This document shows positions 52,453 to 64,000 of a DNA stretch of 64,000 nucleotides, one piece after another. Position numbers and translations under genes: made by a program. The stretch is from Octopus vulgaris. Taxonomy: Eukaryota. Position 1 is the first letter of the stretch; each line of letters begins with the position of its first letter. The notes below the pieces were generated by a model. That model searched no databases. It saw only the letters and a program-made list of their open reading frames with translations, and was not told where the DNA came from. The stretch covers positions 45,632,001 to 45,696,000 of the forward strand of contig OX597830.1 of NCBI GenBank assembly GCA_951406725.2, written 5' to 3'.

Positions 52453-54406
52453 TGGTGGTGGTAATGTGCTAAGATGTCATCTTAGTTTCTCAGACATGAC
52501 ATCTAATTGTATTGGAGTTAACTGTACCCTAGGAGATGAGGATGCAGGAGATACAAAGGAGAGGAAGGGAATCAGGTGTCAAGAATTGGTAGAGGACTGC
52601 CATAACAGTTGGTGGAGAACCAGGAGCTTGCCACTGGAAGCGGGTAGTCAAGGGGATCACAAGTCATTCCCTGAGTAAGGCCTATGAAGGCATGGGCATT
52701 AGAGAAATGAACGAAAGAAGAGCCATGAAGAACAACATAGAGGCTGCTAAGAAAGCTCCTAGACGGCTCTAGGTGAAAAGAGATACTTGGAAAGGTCAAC
52801 AGATTGACACCTGGACACAGGCCTAGACTTGATAAACTTAGGTTGAATTGCCTGGATGAGGGTACATGTTGTAAGACCTGACACACCTACTGATACTCCA
52901 GGATTCAACACTGACCATTGTGTCCAAGTAATGCATCTGTAGATATATAGAGAAGTGTCCATAAAAGAGGAATAACATTATTCAATAAACAAAAATTGAT
53001 AACCCAAATCTGAAACTGTGTACTGAAGTCAATATGATTGACTAAAAGAACTGTTGAAGCCAGTGCTCCAGTATGGCTGTAGCTAAATGACAGTGACTAG
53101 TTTGACAAAGTAGAAAGTGTGAAGGGAAGAATACTGGTACCAGCTTTAAGAATAAGAATGTTCTTAGAGACATTTCGGTATAGAAGGGAATGAAAAGAAA
53201 TATGTCTGAAATATATGTGAAAAAGAATCCAAATATTTAAAGATGGCTTGAGAAGAGGAGAGATGGTCATTTCTCTACTCATTATTTTGAAGTGATTTCT
53301 GATGGTGACGAAGCATTGCTGTTGGATATTAGTCAGCAGGAATTTCAAAGCTTTGCAACCACAATTTTTCAAGCACTGATTCCTCCCTTCTTTTCTGGTG
53401 ATTCATTTCAGAAAGTAAAGATTCATGAGATGAGGAAAATCAGGGAGAAATCTTAAGATAGTGAAGACATGTGTTATGTTTTGATGTTTTCAATCAGGCA
53501 AGGCAAAGTATTACACAAGAGGCTTTCGGTTATGAGTCCCAATAATGAAGAAATGGCCAGAAGAGCTGGAGAGTAAAAGAGCAACAACCGTAGAGTATAG
53601 GATTGGAAGGAAGGAAAAAAACGGTTCAGTGTGTGGAGAGAGGAAGGCAGGGTCAGGCAATCTGCAATACAAATTGCATATTTTTTGAATTTGTAAAAAG
53701 GTTTCAGCTTCTACACTGCTAGATCTACATAAGCAGAATGGAGGAAATAAGAAAAAAAAAATCATGATGATGAAACGGCTGATGACCTCACTGCAAAAAC
53801 TGCAGTGATCAAATATCGAAATGCCAAATAAATAAGGAACACTAGGTTGGGGGGGGGTTACTTTTGATGTCAAGGAGAAATAGATCTATGATAAGTATGA
53901 TGAATATAGAATGAGACTTATAAGAGGCAATATGACAATATTTATCTATCTACCTAACTGTGTGTGTGTGTGGGGGGGGGGTTTACATAATGTAGAGCTT
54001 AACAAGGATGTCTAAAATGTTGCTGAGAATAGTCTCAACATATTTCTTAGTTACAGCATCCTCATTACAGAACTTTGTTGATATGATAAGAAATACAACA
54101 GAACCATCAACAAGGGTTGACAGAAATTTTTTTGTATAGAAATTTTTCTTTGTGTATGGACACACATCTTTCACAGAAGACACAAAAGTATATAATTTGT
54201 GAAGAGGAGGGAAATGAAAGGGTTACAGAAGATTTTCATAAAATAACAACAAAATATATCAACAATAAGTATAACAAATTAAAAGATATATAAATTTGTA
54301 TCAAAACGGAAGCTGCCATATTTAAAGAAAATGTTTAAAGGTAAAAAAAAAATATATACTCATAACAGAAACATCATCTTTTCATAAACATATAAATATA
54401 AATCAA

Positions 54407-54444
<38 letters not shown>

Positions 54445-54763
54445 TCATGTCCAGGGATGGTGGTGTAGGTGTAGTGGTGTGTGTGTGTGTATATATATAA
54501 ATATATGTATGACTATACATATGTATATATGTATATATCTATATATGTTGTTATATGTCATTCAATGCTAGTAAATACATACACACACTCCAAGGTTTAT
54601 GGTCATCTGTCTTTTTGTCCTTGCTGGTGGCTTTTATGCTTTTTGTTCTGGTACATTCTATCATCTGTCAACATCCTTTTCATTCCCCCACCCCATAACT
54701 TTCTATCACCACTCAAACATGCACATACAGGTTGTTCACCACTTGCCCACTCTGGAGGCAAAG

Positions 54764-54767
<4 letters not shown>

Positions 54768-54801
<34 letters not shown>

Positions 54802-54915
54802 GTGTGTATATATATGTGTGTGTGTATGTGTATATATATATATATATATACATACACACATATATATACATACATACACGCATACATGTGTGTGTGTATA
54901 TATATATATACATAC

Positions 54916-54976
<61 letters not shown>
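54768..54976. repeat. Compound (TA)n/(TG)n/(CATA)n microsatellite
   Basis: Direct inspection; source of the spurious YIYIYI ORFs. Similar tracts occur at 27495-27600, 32698-32775, 55218-55260 and 55447-55487. Confidence 0.95.
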
Positions 54977-55080
54977 CCGGAGTAAACACATATATGTGAA
55001 ACAAGGTGGTAAAAAGAGTACTCAAATACCAGAGGTAGAGTTATATGCTTTATTTAAAAGCAGCAGAAATTCAACAAAAC

Positions 55081-55118
55081 CTGTTACTCAGAGTTTCACG
55101 TTCCTGTTCGTCGGACAG
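55081..55118 (-). ncRNA. Minimal type I hammerhead ribozyme motif (Penelope-like element type)
   Basis: 5'-CUGU CCGACGA AC-AGGAAC-GU GAAA CUC-U-GAG UA^ ACAG-3'; stems I, II and III pair, the core has a U4C variant, cleavage triplet GUA. Confidence 0.6.
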
Positions 55119-55217
55119 TTTTTTTGTTGTTTTTTTTTTAACAAAACTGTTCGACGAACGGGAATGTGAAACTCCAAGCAACAGGTTTTGTTGAATTTCT
55201 GCTGCTTTTAAATGACG

Positions 55218-55249
<32 letters not shown>

Positions 55250-55442
55250 CATACATACATACTTGTCCTGCCTTGGTTTTTGTTGTCCTTTATTCTCTTA
55301 TATAATATATTTACTTCCTGATTTTGAAGCCTAATATGGATTCCTAGCTCCAGGCTCAGCTGAAACATAATGAATGACCAATTATAGCATTTACTCAGCG
55401 TACCTATTCATTTAGATCACCTGTGAACTAAATCCCTCATAT

Positions 55443-55489
<47 letters not shown>

Positions 55490-57783
55490 TTAGATCTAAT
55501 TATTCTTTATCTAAATCTGGATATACCCCACTTTATGCACAATTTAGAATTAATCTTATTCTATAAATAAATAGGAGGAGCCCTTGGTTTTCATCCCCCA
55601 CGTAGGTGTTTGCTTTCTCATTGGTAATGCTTTTTCCTATATGTGCATAAATGTAATTCTTTTCCTAAATAAATTGCATTTCATATTTGAGGTTCCAATG
55701 AAGCTCTGAGGCGCTGTTACTCAGGCACTCAACTCTGAGTCCACTGCATCTTTCAGCAGAAACAGCTGTAAGCTAATGGAGTTTATAAGATAATTGCTTA
55801 TTCCTTTGTCATCTTATTTACAGCTCTGTACTTGACTAATGCTTCATTCTGAAGCATATGTATATTGAGTTCTACACCAGCTGAGGAGAATTGCAATAAA
55901 TGGAATCATCATCATCCAAAACACACACACACACACACACACATTTCGTTTCTGTTTTGTAAGAAACACGATAGTGACAGAATATACTAAATTCTTGATT
56001 CATGCATCATTAACTAAGACAAAAAAACATTTTGTGTAACCAACAACAATAACAACAACAACAACAACATAAATATTAGTGCATTTAATTACTAGACTGG
56101 GATAAAGTGGATGAAAAATGTCTTACCATCCATTTGATGTCCATGGATGTGAGAGAATGGAAGAAAGAGAAGGCAAGCATTAGAGGAATGCTACGAGGAG
56201 ATTATGACTTGAGAGAAGGGCAACAGAATGATGATAAAAGATTAATATAGTTCAAATATAAATTAGTTTTATTTATTCTTATATCACAAATGGTCTCCCA
56301 TCATTTCATTTTCTCATATATAACGATAACAATGATGGTGATGATGATGATGACTGTTGACAACAGCTACTTGAAAAACAATTTGATTATTAATATTTGT
56401 ATTAATTTCACAGTTAACGAACAAACACTGAGAGTATTCCAAACATTTTACTGGTTGCCAAGCACTGTTCTACAGCACCCATTTTAATATATTCAAAGTT
56501 ATCACAAATACAACTGCTATTTATTTTTAAAAAATATACTGAAATAAACCCACAAGCATTGTTACAGGTAGGGCAATCAAAAATCTTCTTAATTCAATAA
56601 TGATATTTTCCATCATTTCTAATGATGACATTTGTTCCCAAGAACATATCAAAACCCTTACCAAACTTACCTTAATGGCTCAAACCAAAATAAAATATCT
56701 GTTATCTCTCCAAGAGACAAGTGACAAATTTCATATATGTCGGTTTTATGATGTCTTCCCATCAGTCATTAAATTACATTCACTGATGCAAATAGCAAAA
56801 TAAATTACATTTTGAAATACAATCTGAAAATGTTTGTTGCATTATGCAATGATGTTTTCTCAGAGTATTGAACACAGAAAGACTGTCTTTATTCTGAGTC
56901 TAACAGCTCCAGCTGAATTTCATTCTAATGTGACTTTTGGCTGATGTCATTAGAGAGAAGTGTTTCAACACAGACACATTTCTTTATCAACTGACAATGA
57001 AGAGAAAGAACCACAAACTCTTCATTAAAAGAAGTTGGGGAGATAGGGAAAAAAATACTAATAATAAATGAAATATAGAGTAAAAGTCACAGCTGGAGCA
57101 AGAGAGGGAGTCAGTGAAAGAATTTAAGTGAATGAGGACAGCAAGGAGAGATTTAAGTAGGACAAAGCTATTTGCTGAGAGGATGAAAAATATTATGAGA
57201 AATTGATGTTATGTGTCATATTAGTCATATATGGTTAACTGATTAGACTTGAAAGTGTTGTAGCCAAAGGTATAGCAGTTCCATCATCAATTACTGAATA
57301 AGATGTAGTAAAGAAGAAAAGAGTTTTCAGGTTAATGGATCAAGTTACAAAGATAATAAAAAGTGTGAAGGCAAAGTTCGAGTAAGATAGATTTGAGTTG
57401 CTTAGGAATGCAGTTAGAGTTTATGAAAGGGCATGGCACTACAGGGTCTATTCCTCAGCAGAAATAAGTGTAAACGGCAAATAACCATCTCTTGCATTTA
57501 TTGAACTAGGAAAGTAGTAGTTGGTCATTTCTGAAGGGCCCCTGGTCTCAGGAAAGAGGATACAGGGTTAGGAGATCCAACACACTCAACATGGAAGGGA
57601 GGTAGTAGTGGTGGTGGTGATTAGAATATAATTAGAAATGATCCTTTAAATGAGGGTCAAATATTTTCGGTTAATCTTAGGTCATTGAAGTATTTAAAAA
57701 TAAAGAACAAAACAAGAAAATAAAGTATAAATATTTCAACAAAACAAACAGTAAAAACTTTAATGAAGTTGTTTTCCACTGAC

Positions 57784-57909
57784 CAGGAGTAATAGAGGAG
57801 TTAGAAATCACAATTGCATCATCCATATTAGTCTGTAACCGTTGCTGACCATCTCGAAGGCCATCATATGCTGTTAACATAACATTTTCTTTCTCTTTGG
57901 TACTTTTAC
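57784..57909 (-). CDS. AGAP1: AGAP exon, PH-domain insert (symmetric, possibly alternative)
   Basis: GCATAG|..G|GTCAGT, 126 nt, phase 1-1, open: GKSTKEKENVMLTAYDGLRDGQQRLQTNMDDAIVISNSSITP; the end resembles AGAP1 ATVIANSAIS. Confidence 0.75.
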
Positions 57910-58787
57910 CTATGCAAAGAAAATAAATAATAATTTTTTTTTTTTTTCCTGGTCTTTTGAAATCTTTTTTACTTAATTTGCTAACTTTCCAAGTTAGGAA
58001 AAAGAGATCAAAACACAACATTAAATCTGGTCACAAAACATTACTTGTGGCTGCAGGATTTCTTTGCTTTACCCTCAAAAAAGAAAATGGGATTAAACAG
58101 AAAATTATTGGAGAACAAAAATGTTTTCCAAGATATTGGGGAATGAAAAGTGACAAAAAAAAATTTCAAATGAAAAACTAAATGTTAAACTCTATAAATT
58201 AAATACAATTAAATTTTCTATAAAATGAAAAGAAAAATTCTGGCAACACAGAATCCTAAGTTAATAAAATGATGCTGAAAGGGCCTTTATTGAATTTACT
58301 GTGGAATTTCTTTGAAGAATTACTGCAGATAGGAGAAAACAAACACAAAACAGGATTAATTTTACATTAGAGTATTTCAGAGAAACTTTCTTATTCCATT
58401 GCAAAATAATATCAATATTATTTTCATAAAATTCATGTTAAAATGTTTAACTTGAATATTTCTTGAGAGAAAAAGAAATGAGAAATAAATCTCAAGTAGA
58501 TCTCAATACCCAAATGAGATGAACACTCCAGTGCATTTACCAATTCTAATGCCAGTAACATCCATTCATTTATTTGGCCATATCAATAGCAACTGATGCT
58601 ACAAGGTAACAATGGTAAAACTTCAGCTTTTGCCAAAAAGGCTCCTAACTTATAACAATGGTCAAAATTCAAAAACCCCAGCCTTGTCTCAGAAGAGAGT
58701 GCAGCAAGTTTTTGATATCTAGAAAGGAAGTACAGCAAATCCAATTCTTTGATTGAAAGTAAGCATTATTTTCTAATGTCTTCTCAA

Positions 58788-58821
<34 letters not shown>

Positions 58822-59289
58822 TTGCTGGTATAAATCTATTTTTCTCTGTATTAGTGTGTGACACATTTCACAATATTCTAGCCTAGAAATTAATTCTGTA
58901 TAAACTTCTGCCAATAATTCCACTTTGAGATTATTTCATCTGCTAGGAAAACGGAAAAGCTAATTGTCAATAAAGCTTTAGGGTATCATAATAGGTTACT
59001 GTGTTCATGGTTAGCATTAGTTATCATTAATATTGAGAACATATTCAACGCTTACTCTATGCCACTTTATTACATCCTGGAGAAAGATAGACAAACCAAA
59101 GAAAGATCAATGGTAGAACTGATAGAAACCGATTCTGCTCCTACTTCATAACAGAGTGGTCAGAAGTAACAAGGGTAACCAACTATAAAAATCAATTTCT
59201 AAAGCAAAAATCATCCCACCCAGGCTAGATTTGGAGTAAAACATAAACACATATTTAATGTTATCAAATGTGATCAAATCAACCTCATG

Positions 59290-59465
59290 AAATTAGCAGC
59301 CAAATCTCCCTCAAATCAGACCTTATTGTTTCTAAAAATAATTTTAAAAAGTGCAGATTCAACAATGTAGGACTAAAAATATGTCTGAAAATAGGACAAA
59401 ATATTTGAATCTAGTAGTCCTTTGATCTCAGACCTGTTTCATTAGGGCTGAGCTGGGGTTAAAGA
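59290..59465 (+). repeat. Representative of an old ~170-bp dispersed repeat family
   Basis: CAGCCAAATCTCCCTCAAATCA..TAGTCC..GGCTGGAATGCCTTTGATC..GGGGYTAAACAAC consensus recurs at about 3010-3185 (-), 7010-7170, 18035-18200, 30235-30415 and 63580-63745. Confidence 0.6.
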
Positions 59466-60028
59466 ATATAAATAAGCACAGATATTAAGTCAAATGAACA
59501 GCACATGGAAAAGTAGAAACATAGACACAGCTGTCCCCTCATCAGCTGTTGATGAAGGTCAAAATGGTTTCAGTTCTTCAGCAAAAGGACCGTGTGCTTC
59601 AAAGTGCTAATACATTCTAGAGCAAATGCTACCAAGGAATGGTTCAGTGAGGAAAAGTGAATGGGACAGTGTCACATGAAATAAGGATTTTGCAATAACA
59701 TGAGGCCAGATGACAAACCCATCTATTTACTGCTCTAACAACAGCAACAGATTGATTGTATTTTAAGCATTCAGTTTTTAACATTTGAAGAGTGGCATGA
59801 ATTATATATGTAAACAAACAAAAAAAAAGGAAAAGAAGAGTTTAAATAAATCTTTCTAAAGTTATTAACAGAAACAATATGGTTTGAAGATTTTAAACCT
59901 ACCAAGTAATACAAACAAACTGGTTCATAAATCTCAATTTCTAGTTGTATTAAAACTTTGGCTTTAGAATATAATCTGCAGAGCAGTTAATGAGTAAAAT
60001 ATTCCTAATACTAAAGCACAGAAAATAC

Positions 60029-60167
60029 CATTTGTTGTCATACTTGCTGGACCCATTACAGATGGATTGGTGGATATCCCTCGGCTGCCCTTTGGTCGCA
60101 GACCAGGAATTTTCACTGTCGTCCGCACCAAATTAATCTCTTTACCATGCACTTCATCCATATAGTC
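60029..60167 (-). CDS. AGAP1: AGAP exon, PH domain continued
   Basis: 139 nt; DYMDEVHGKEINLVRTTVKIPGLRPKGSRG.. resembles [25 protein letters not shown]. Confidence 0.93.
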
Positions 60168-60967
60168 CTGTTAAAAAGATAAAGAAAACAATCATAGAAG
60201 GAAAATTTTAGTGTTTTTTCAAAATTTATTATCAGAAGATACTGATATTCTATTAGTCATAATAAAATGAAGTAATTAAAAGCAAAGAGTCACATCTCTA
60301 CAATATTAATATGCTTGTGCCCAAAAATGTACATGATGCTTAAAAAAAAAAGCTTCCATTTACAGAGGGAAAAATAAGGAAACCCACAGACTTATAAGCC
60401 TTAGCCCCCACAAGTGATATACTGGGAACTGTAATAGTTTGTCATTAACATGGTGGAGTGTATGGAGGGATATTAGTTAATGGCAGTGGTTAGGGTTAGG
60501 GTTATGGTAAGTAGGTGACGGAAAACACTTGGTTTTTAGCATACACACTCTGTTGTGCCTCTGTTAAATTGTCATCTGCTATCAATGAAGATCGGACCAG
60601 TTATTTATTTACTCGATTTTGTAAAATACAGACAGATAACATGAGCTAAAAGGAGAGAGAGAGAACAAGAGCGGAGAAAGAGGAGAGGTGAAGGGTAGAG
60701 GGATGGATCACTGGAATGAGGCAGAGAAGAGACGAAAGAAAGATAATGCAATGAATGTGGACAACAAAATTTAAACTTTTAGCATTTTCACTTCTTTTAA
60801 TTGTTAGGAAACTGTAAAGCATCAACAAAATTGCTGCAAACTTGTTCAAAGAAAAGAAACATCTTGAAGTTAAACAATAAAAATTAAAAATGCTTTCATA
60901 TGATTTAAACTTAACAGGTTTACAGTAATACGTTTTAGTTACTGCATAAATAGTATCAGGTACTTAC

Positions 60968-61069
60968 ATGTAAACTAGGATGATAGGTCAATCTGCCATC
61001 ATCTAACAAAGCCACATACTTTTTCTTCCATTCTTTGTTCAAGCCATGGCTCCGTTTATATAAATAACC
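60968..61069 (-). CDS. AGAP1: AGAP exon, PH domain N-terminal half
   Basis: 102 nt; [34 protein letters not shown] resembles AGAP1 [35 protein letters not shown]. Confidence 0.95.
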
Positions 61070-61091
61070 CTGAATGAAAAGACAAGAAAGA

Positions 61092-61255
61092 TCATCATTA
61101 TCACCATCATCATCAAGCATCCATTTTTCCATGCTGGCATTGGTTGGATATTATGACAGGAGCTGGTTACAGCGGAGGACTGACCAGGCCCCAGCCATCT
61201 GTTTTGGAAAGGGTTCTACAGCTGGATGCCCTTCCTAACACCAACCACTTTACAG
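61092..61255 (-). mobile_element. Older RTE-family 3' end
   Basis: CATGCTGGCAT..GCTGGATGCCCTTCCTAACACCAACCACT. Confidence 0.7.
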
Positions 61256-62770
61256 CACACACACACATGCACACATTCTTACAAATACATGCACATATAC
61301 TATATTCTTGAAAATGCAAGAGAACATTATATATAGAGTTGAATTTTTTTCTGGACATTCAGACAGAAAGAACTTTAATCTGAATTGTTTTGTTCATAAA
61401 TATTTATTTTTGTGATTACTGTGCATCCCTTTCACCCAATTCCAGTTTCACAACAGTTGTTGGGTTTACATTCTTATAATTAGAATAAGCACCAAATCTT
61501 AAAAAAAAAAAAAATACTGGTGTTGATTTGTTTAACTAAAACTCTTCAAGGTAGTGTCCCAGGATGCCTGCTGCGACCCAAAGAGAGAAAAAAGTAAAAG
61601 ATAAAAAGTTGTATTAAACTTTCCATCTTGAACTGCCTTGTAAAAGCTTCTTCATTTAGAGTTTTGAAAGAATGAATTCATTTAAATACCAAAATATGTT
61701 AAGTACAGGAAATTTCAGATTCCCTCATTAATGGCATGAAACTAGTAAAAACTTTCATGGCATCGGACAATATTACTTTTTGCTTCCTTTATATATATCC
61801 AAGTGCTTCTGGATTTAAAATCTCAAAAATCAGTTTTGGTAAAAGTAAAAAAAAGCAACATTATTGTCCAAAAAGTGTTTCAGTTACCATCTTGGGAAAA
61901 TATTTAATTGGGTTTATTATTACTTTCTGCATTAAAATCAAAATCTTATGAGTCAATTCTGAATAACCTCAGAAAGCATTTCTATCAGCAACAGAGGCAG
62001 CTATTCATTGTTTCTGGGAATAGTTTTGCAATAATAAAATGGCCAATATGAATCCTGTTTTCTTCCTCTTTTGTCAGAGTAACCTTTAAGATTAGGAGGA
62101 AATTATCAGTTCCAGCAAAGTATCAGAGATGATGATGGTGGAATGTGAAAGGGTTGTCCTTGCCGATGGTTGTGCAATCACTTTGCTGAAAGTCAGCTTA
62201 AAGTTAGGGTTATGTGTTCTTAAAGTTAGCAACCGATTTGCATCTCTTGACAAAATAGGAGTTGGTAAGGCATTTCATGTCTCCAAACTGCAGTTCATCG
62301 ATCAAGGTGACATTAGTCAGTTTTTATGGAGTTTGGAGAGGCTGCAAAATCTGGTATTCAAGTACTCTTCAAAAAAAGTTTTAATATTAATGTTGATTAG
62401 AATTTGTGACTAATATCAACCTCAAGACTCAAAATCTAATCTTTCAAATGATGGCAAAGCAAAGACATTATGAAATGTGGACCAACTGAAGAACAGTTCT
62501 GATGTCCATGTTTTGGAACCTATTGAGTTATTCCTTACTAGATGTAACTTACACAAGCTTTCTGTGCAGACAAGATTACAGGTGTAAAGTTGATTGGTAA
62601 ACTAGATCAGTGGGAAGAACTTCATAACAAAAATGGGACAAAAAAAAAAAAAAAAAAAAAAAACCCAACCAAAAAGAACCCCATTTTATGATACAAACTA
62701 AGACAAAACTGCTATAATCTTTCAATTAGAAAAAAATATAAAAAAACGTAATAACCATTATTTCCATTAC

Positions 62771-62839
62771 CTGTTTTATAGGTATAACTCGACCACTTCC
62801 TAGTTTTTCTGTTTCTAATTTTTTCTCATCATCCTTTTT
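62771..62839 (-). CDS. AGAP1: AGAP/centaurin-gamma ArfGAP, first exon visible in the window (start of PH domain)
   Basis: CTACAG|..CAG|GTAATG, 69 nt; KKDDEKKLETEKLGSGRVIPIKQ matches the AGAP hallmark GSGRAIPIKQ. Confidence 0.92.
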
Positions 62840-64000
62840 CTGTAGTAAGAAAGAGTGTTATGAACATTAGTGGACGAAAACATGAACAAAAAGGAAATTT
62901 GTAACCAATGTTGACTGAAAATATTTTTTTGATTGTAGTCATGGATACATATTCTTCCCTTTTTGTTAAGAATAGAATTTCTTTGATTTTATTTTATTTT
63001 TAGAAATTTACGTTTGATTATTGTCATTTATAGCCTCCTGTTTACACCAACGTTGAACATACGTACGAACAAATAATACGCAAATAACAAAATATAAACA
63101 GTAAGAAAAATATGATGAATAGAGAAAGAAGCCATAATGGTGTGTATGATTAATTATTATGTAATCAAATTTCATTTAATTAGTGCAATACCAATAATTT
63201 CCATAGCATCTTACAGTAGTAACATTTAGTATCTCTTAATGACTCTGAGAGAAATGTTACTACTTCTGTGGTAGAAGAATTAATGTAGGAGAGTTAGGTT
63301 GTAGGCTTAAAATTCTATTTTCTTTACGCATTTCTAAGATAAAGGATTACTACGGGAATCTCAAAGTGTTTTGTACTTACATAAAATTGGCCATTAAATC
63401 TGACACAAAACATTCCTATTCTAAAGAACAGTGACCTCATGGTTAACAATAATGAAATTTTGTGAGTTGCATTAAAAAGCCAAGGAAAATTATTTTTGTG
63501 ATAAAAAGGTATCTTTATAAAACAAAAAAACAAGATGTCAAGCTGGCAAGAAAGCTTCTATGTGGTTGCACATTATATGAGTAATAGCAGCATATCTCCT
63601 TGAAATCCAATTCTATTGTCTTAAAAAAAGGACACAGTGGACATGTCCTAAATAGACAAACAGATGAAATGGTCACAACTAGAATACCTTTGACCATAGC
63701 TCAAAAAGGGGTGAGCTACGGGGCTAAACAACAACAACAACAACAATAGCAATCATTATAAGATCACCAGAAGAGATTCTAGAATCACAGATTAAAACCC
63801 AGACCAAAAAAGGATTACTTAATGATTATTCATGACAACGATCGAATTGTTTCTGATGATATAAAATGAAGAAACCGGTTGGGATAGAAACAGTTCCCAT
63901 TTACTTCCCCGTGCATTGGGAATGACTGATAGTCGGATCTCTTATAGTATTAATGTCAGTGTCTGACTTTTCTGATTTCATATTCTTCTGAAGACAACTT

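Noticed and set aside
54481-55256. Cluster of YIYIYI/CVCV ORFs
   Set aside because: Translations of microsatellites
59530-59590. Minus-strand CTGAAGA/GAAA/CTGATGA cluster
   Set aside because: No compatible helices
63905-63987. Possible AGAP exon (CTTCAG|KNMKSEKSDTDINTIRDPTISHSQCTG)
   Set aside because: The donor would be phase 2 but the next exon starts in phase 0; no AGAP similarity

Overview
AT-rich, intron- and repeat-rich animal genomic DNA. The repeat families and gene style suggest a mollusc, probably an octopus; this is inference and was not verified. Two spliced genes lie on the minus strand. (1) The 5' part (7 coding exons, ATG at 13478, running off the left edge) of cytoplasmic methionyl-tRNA synthetase (MARS1), covering its N-terminal GST-like domain and linker. 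(2) The 3' part (13 exons, 62839 to stop at 36420) of an AGAP1/AGAP3/centaurin-gamma gene (split PH, ArfGAP, ankyrin repeats), followed by a probable ~10.5 kb U-rich 3' UTR. All exon boundaries were traced by hand as GT-AG with continuous reading phase. Interspersed repeats include (ATG)n-tailed RTE LINE fragments, three non-autonomous Helitrons, mariner remnants (one in a ~1.36 kb fold-back), piggyBac-type MITEs, tRNA-derived SINEs and microsatellites. The most interesting observation is a near-perfect 41-bp intronic hairpin in AGAP. It holds a polypyrimidine tract ending in AA instead of AG, a 9-nt in-frame microexon and a consensus GTGAGT donor, so it may be a microexon whose 3' splice site is created by A-to-I editing. 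A second AG-less microexon candidate lies at 56127. There is also a Penelope-type minimal hammerhead ribozyme in sense orientation in an AGAP intron, and a CpG-rich cloverleaf-like structure attached to an RTE tail. Most short ORFs in the supplied track are spurious.
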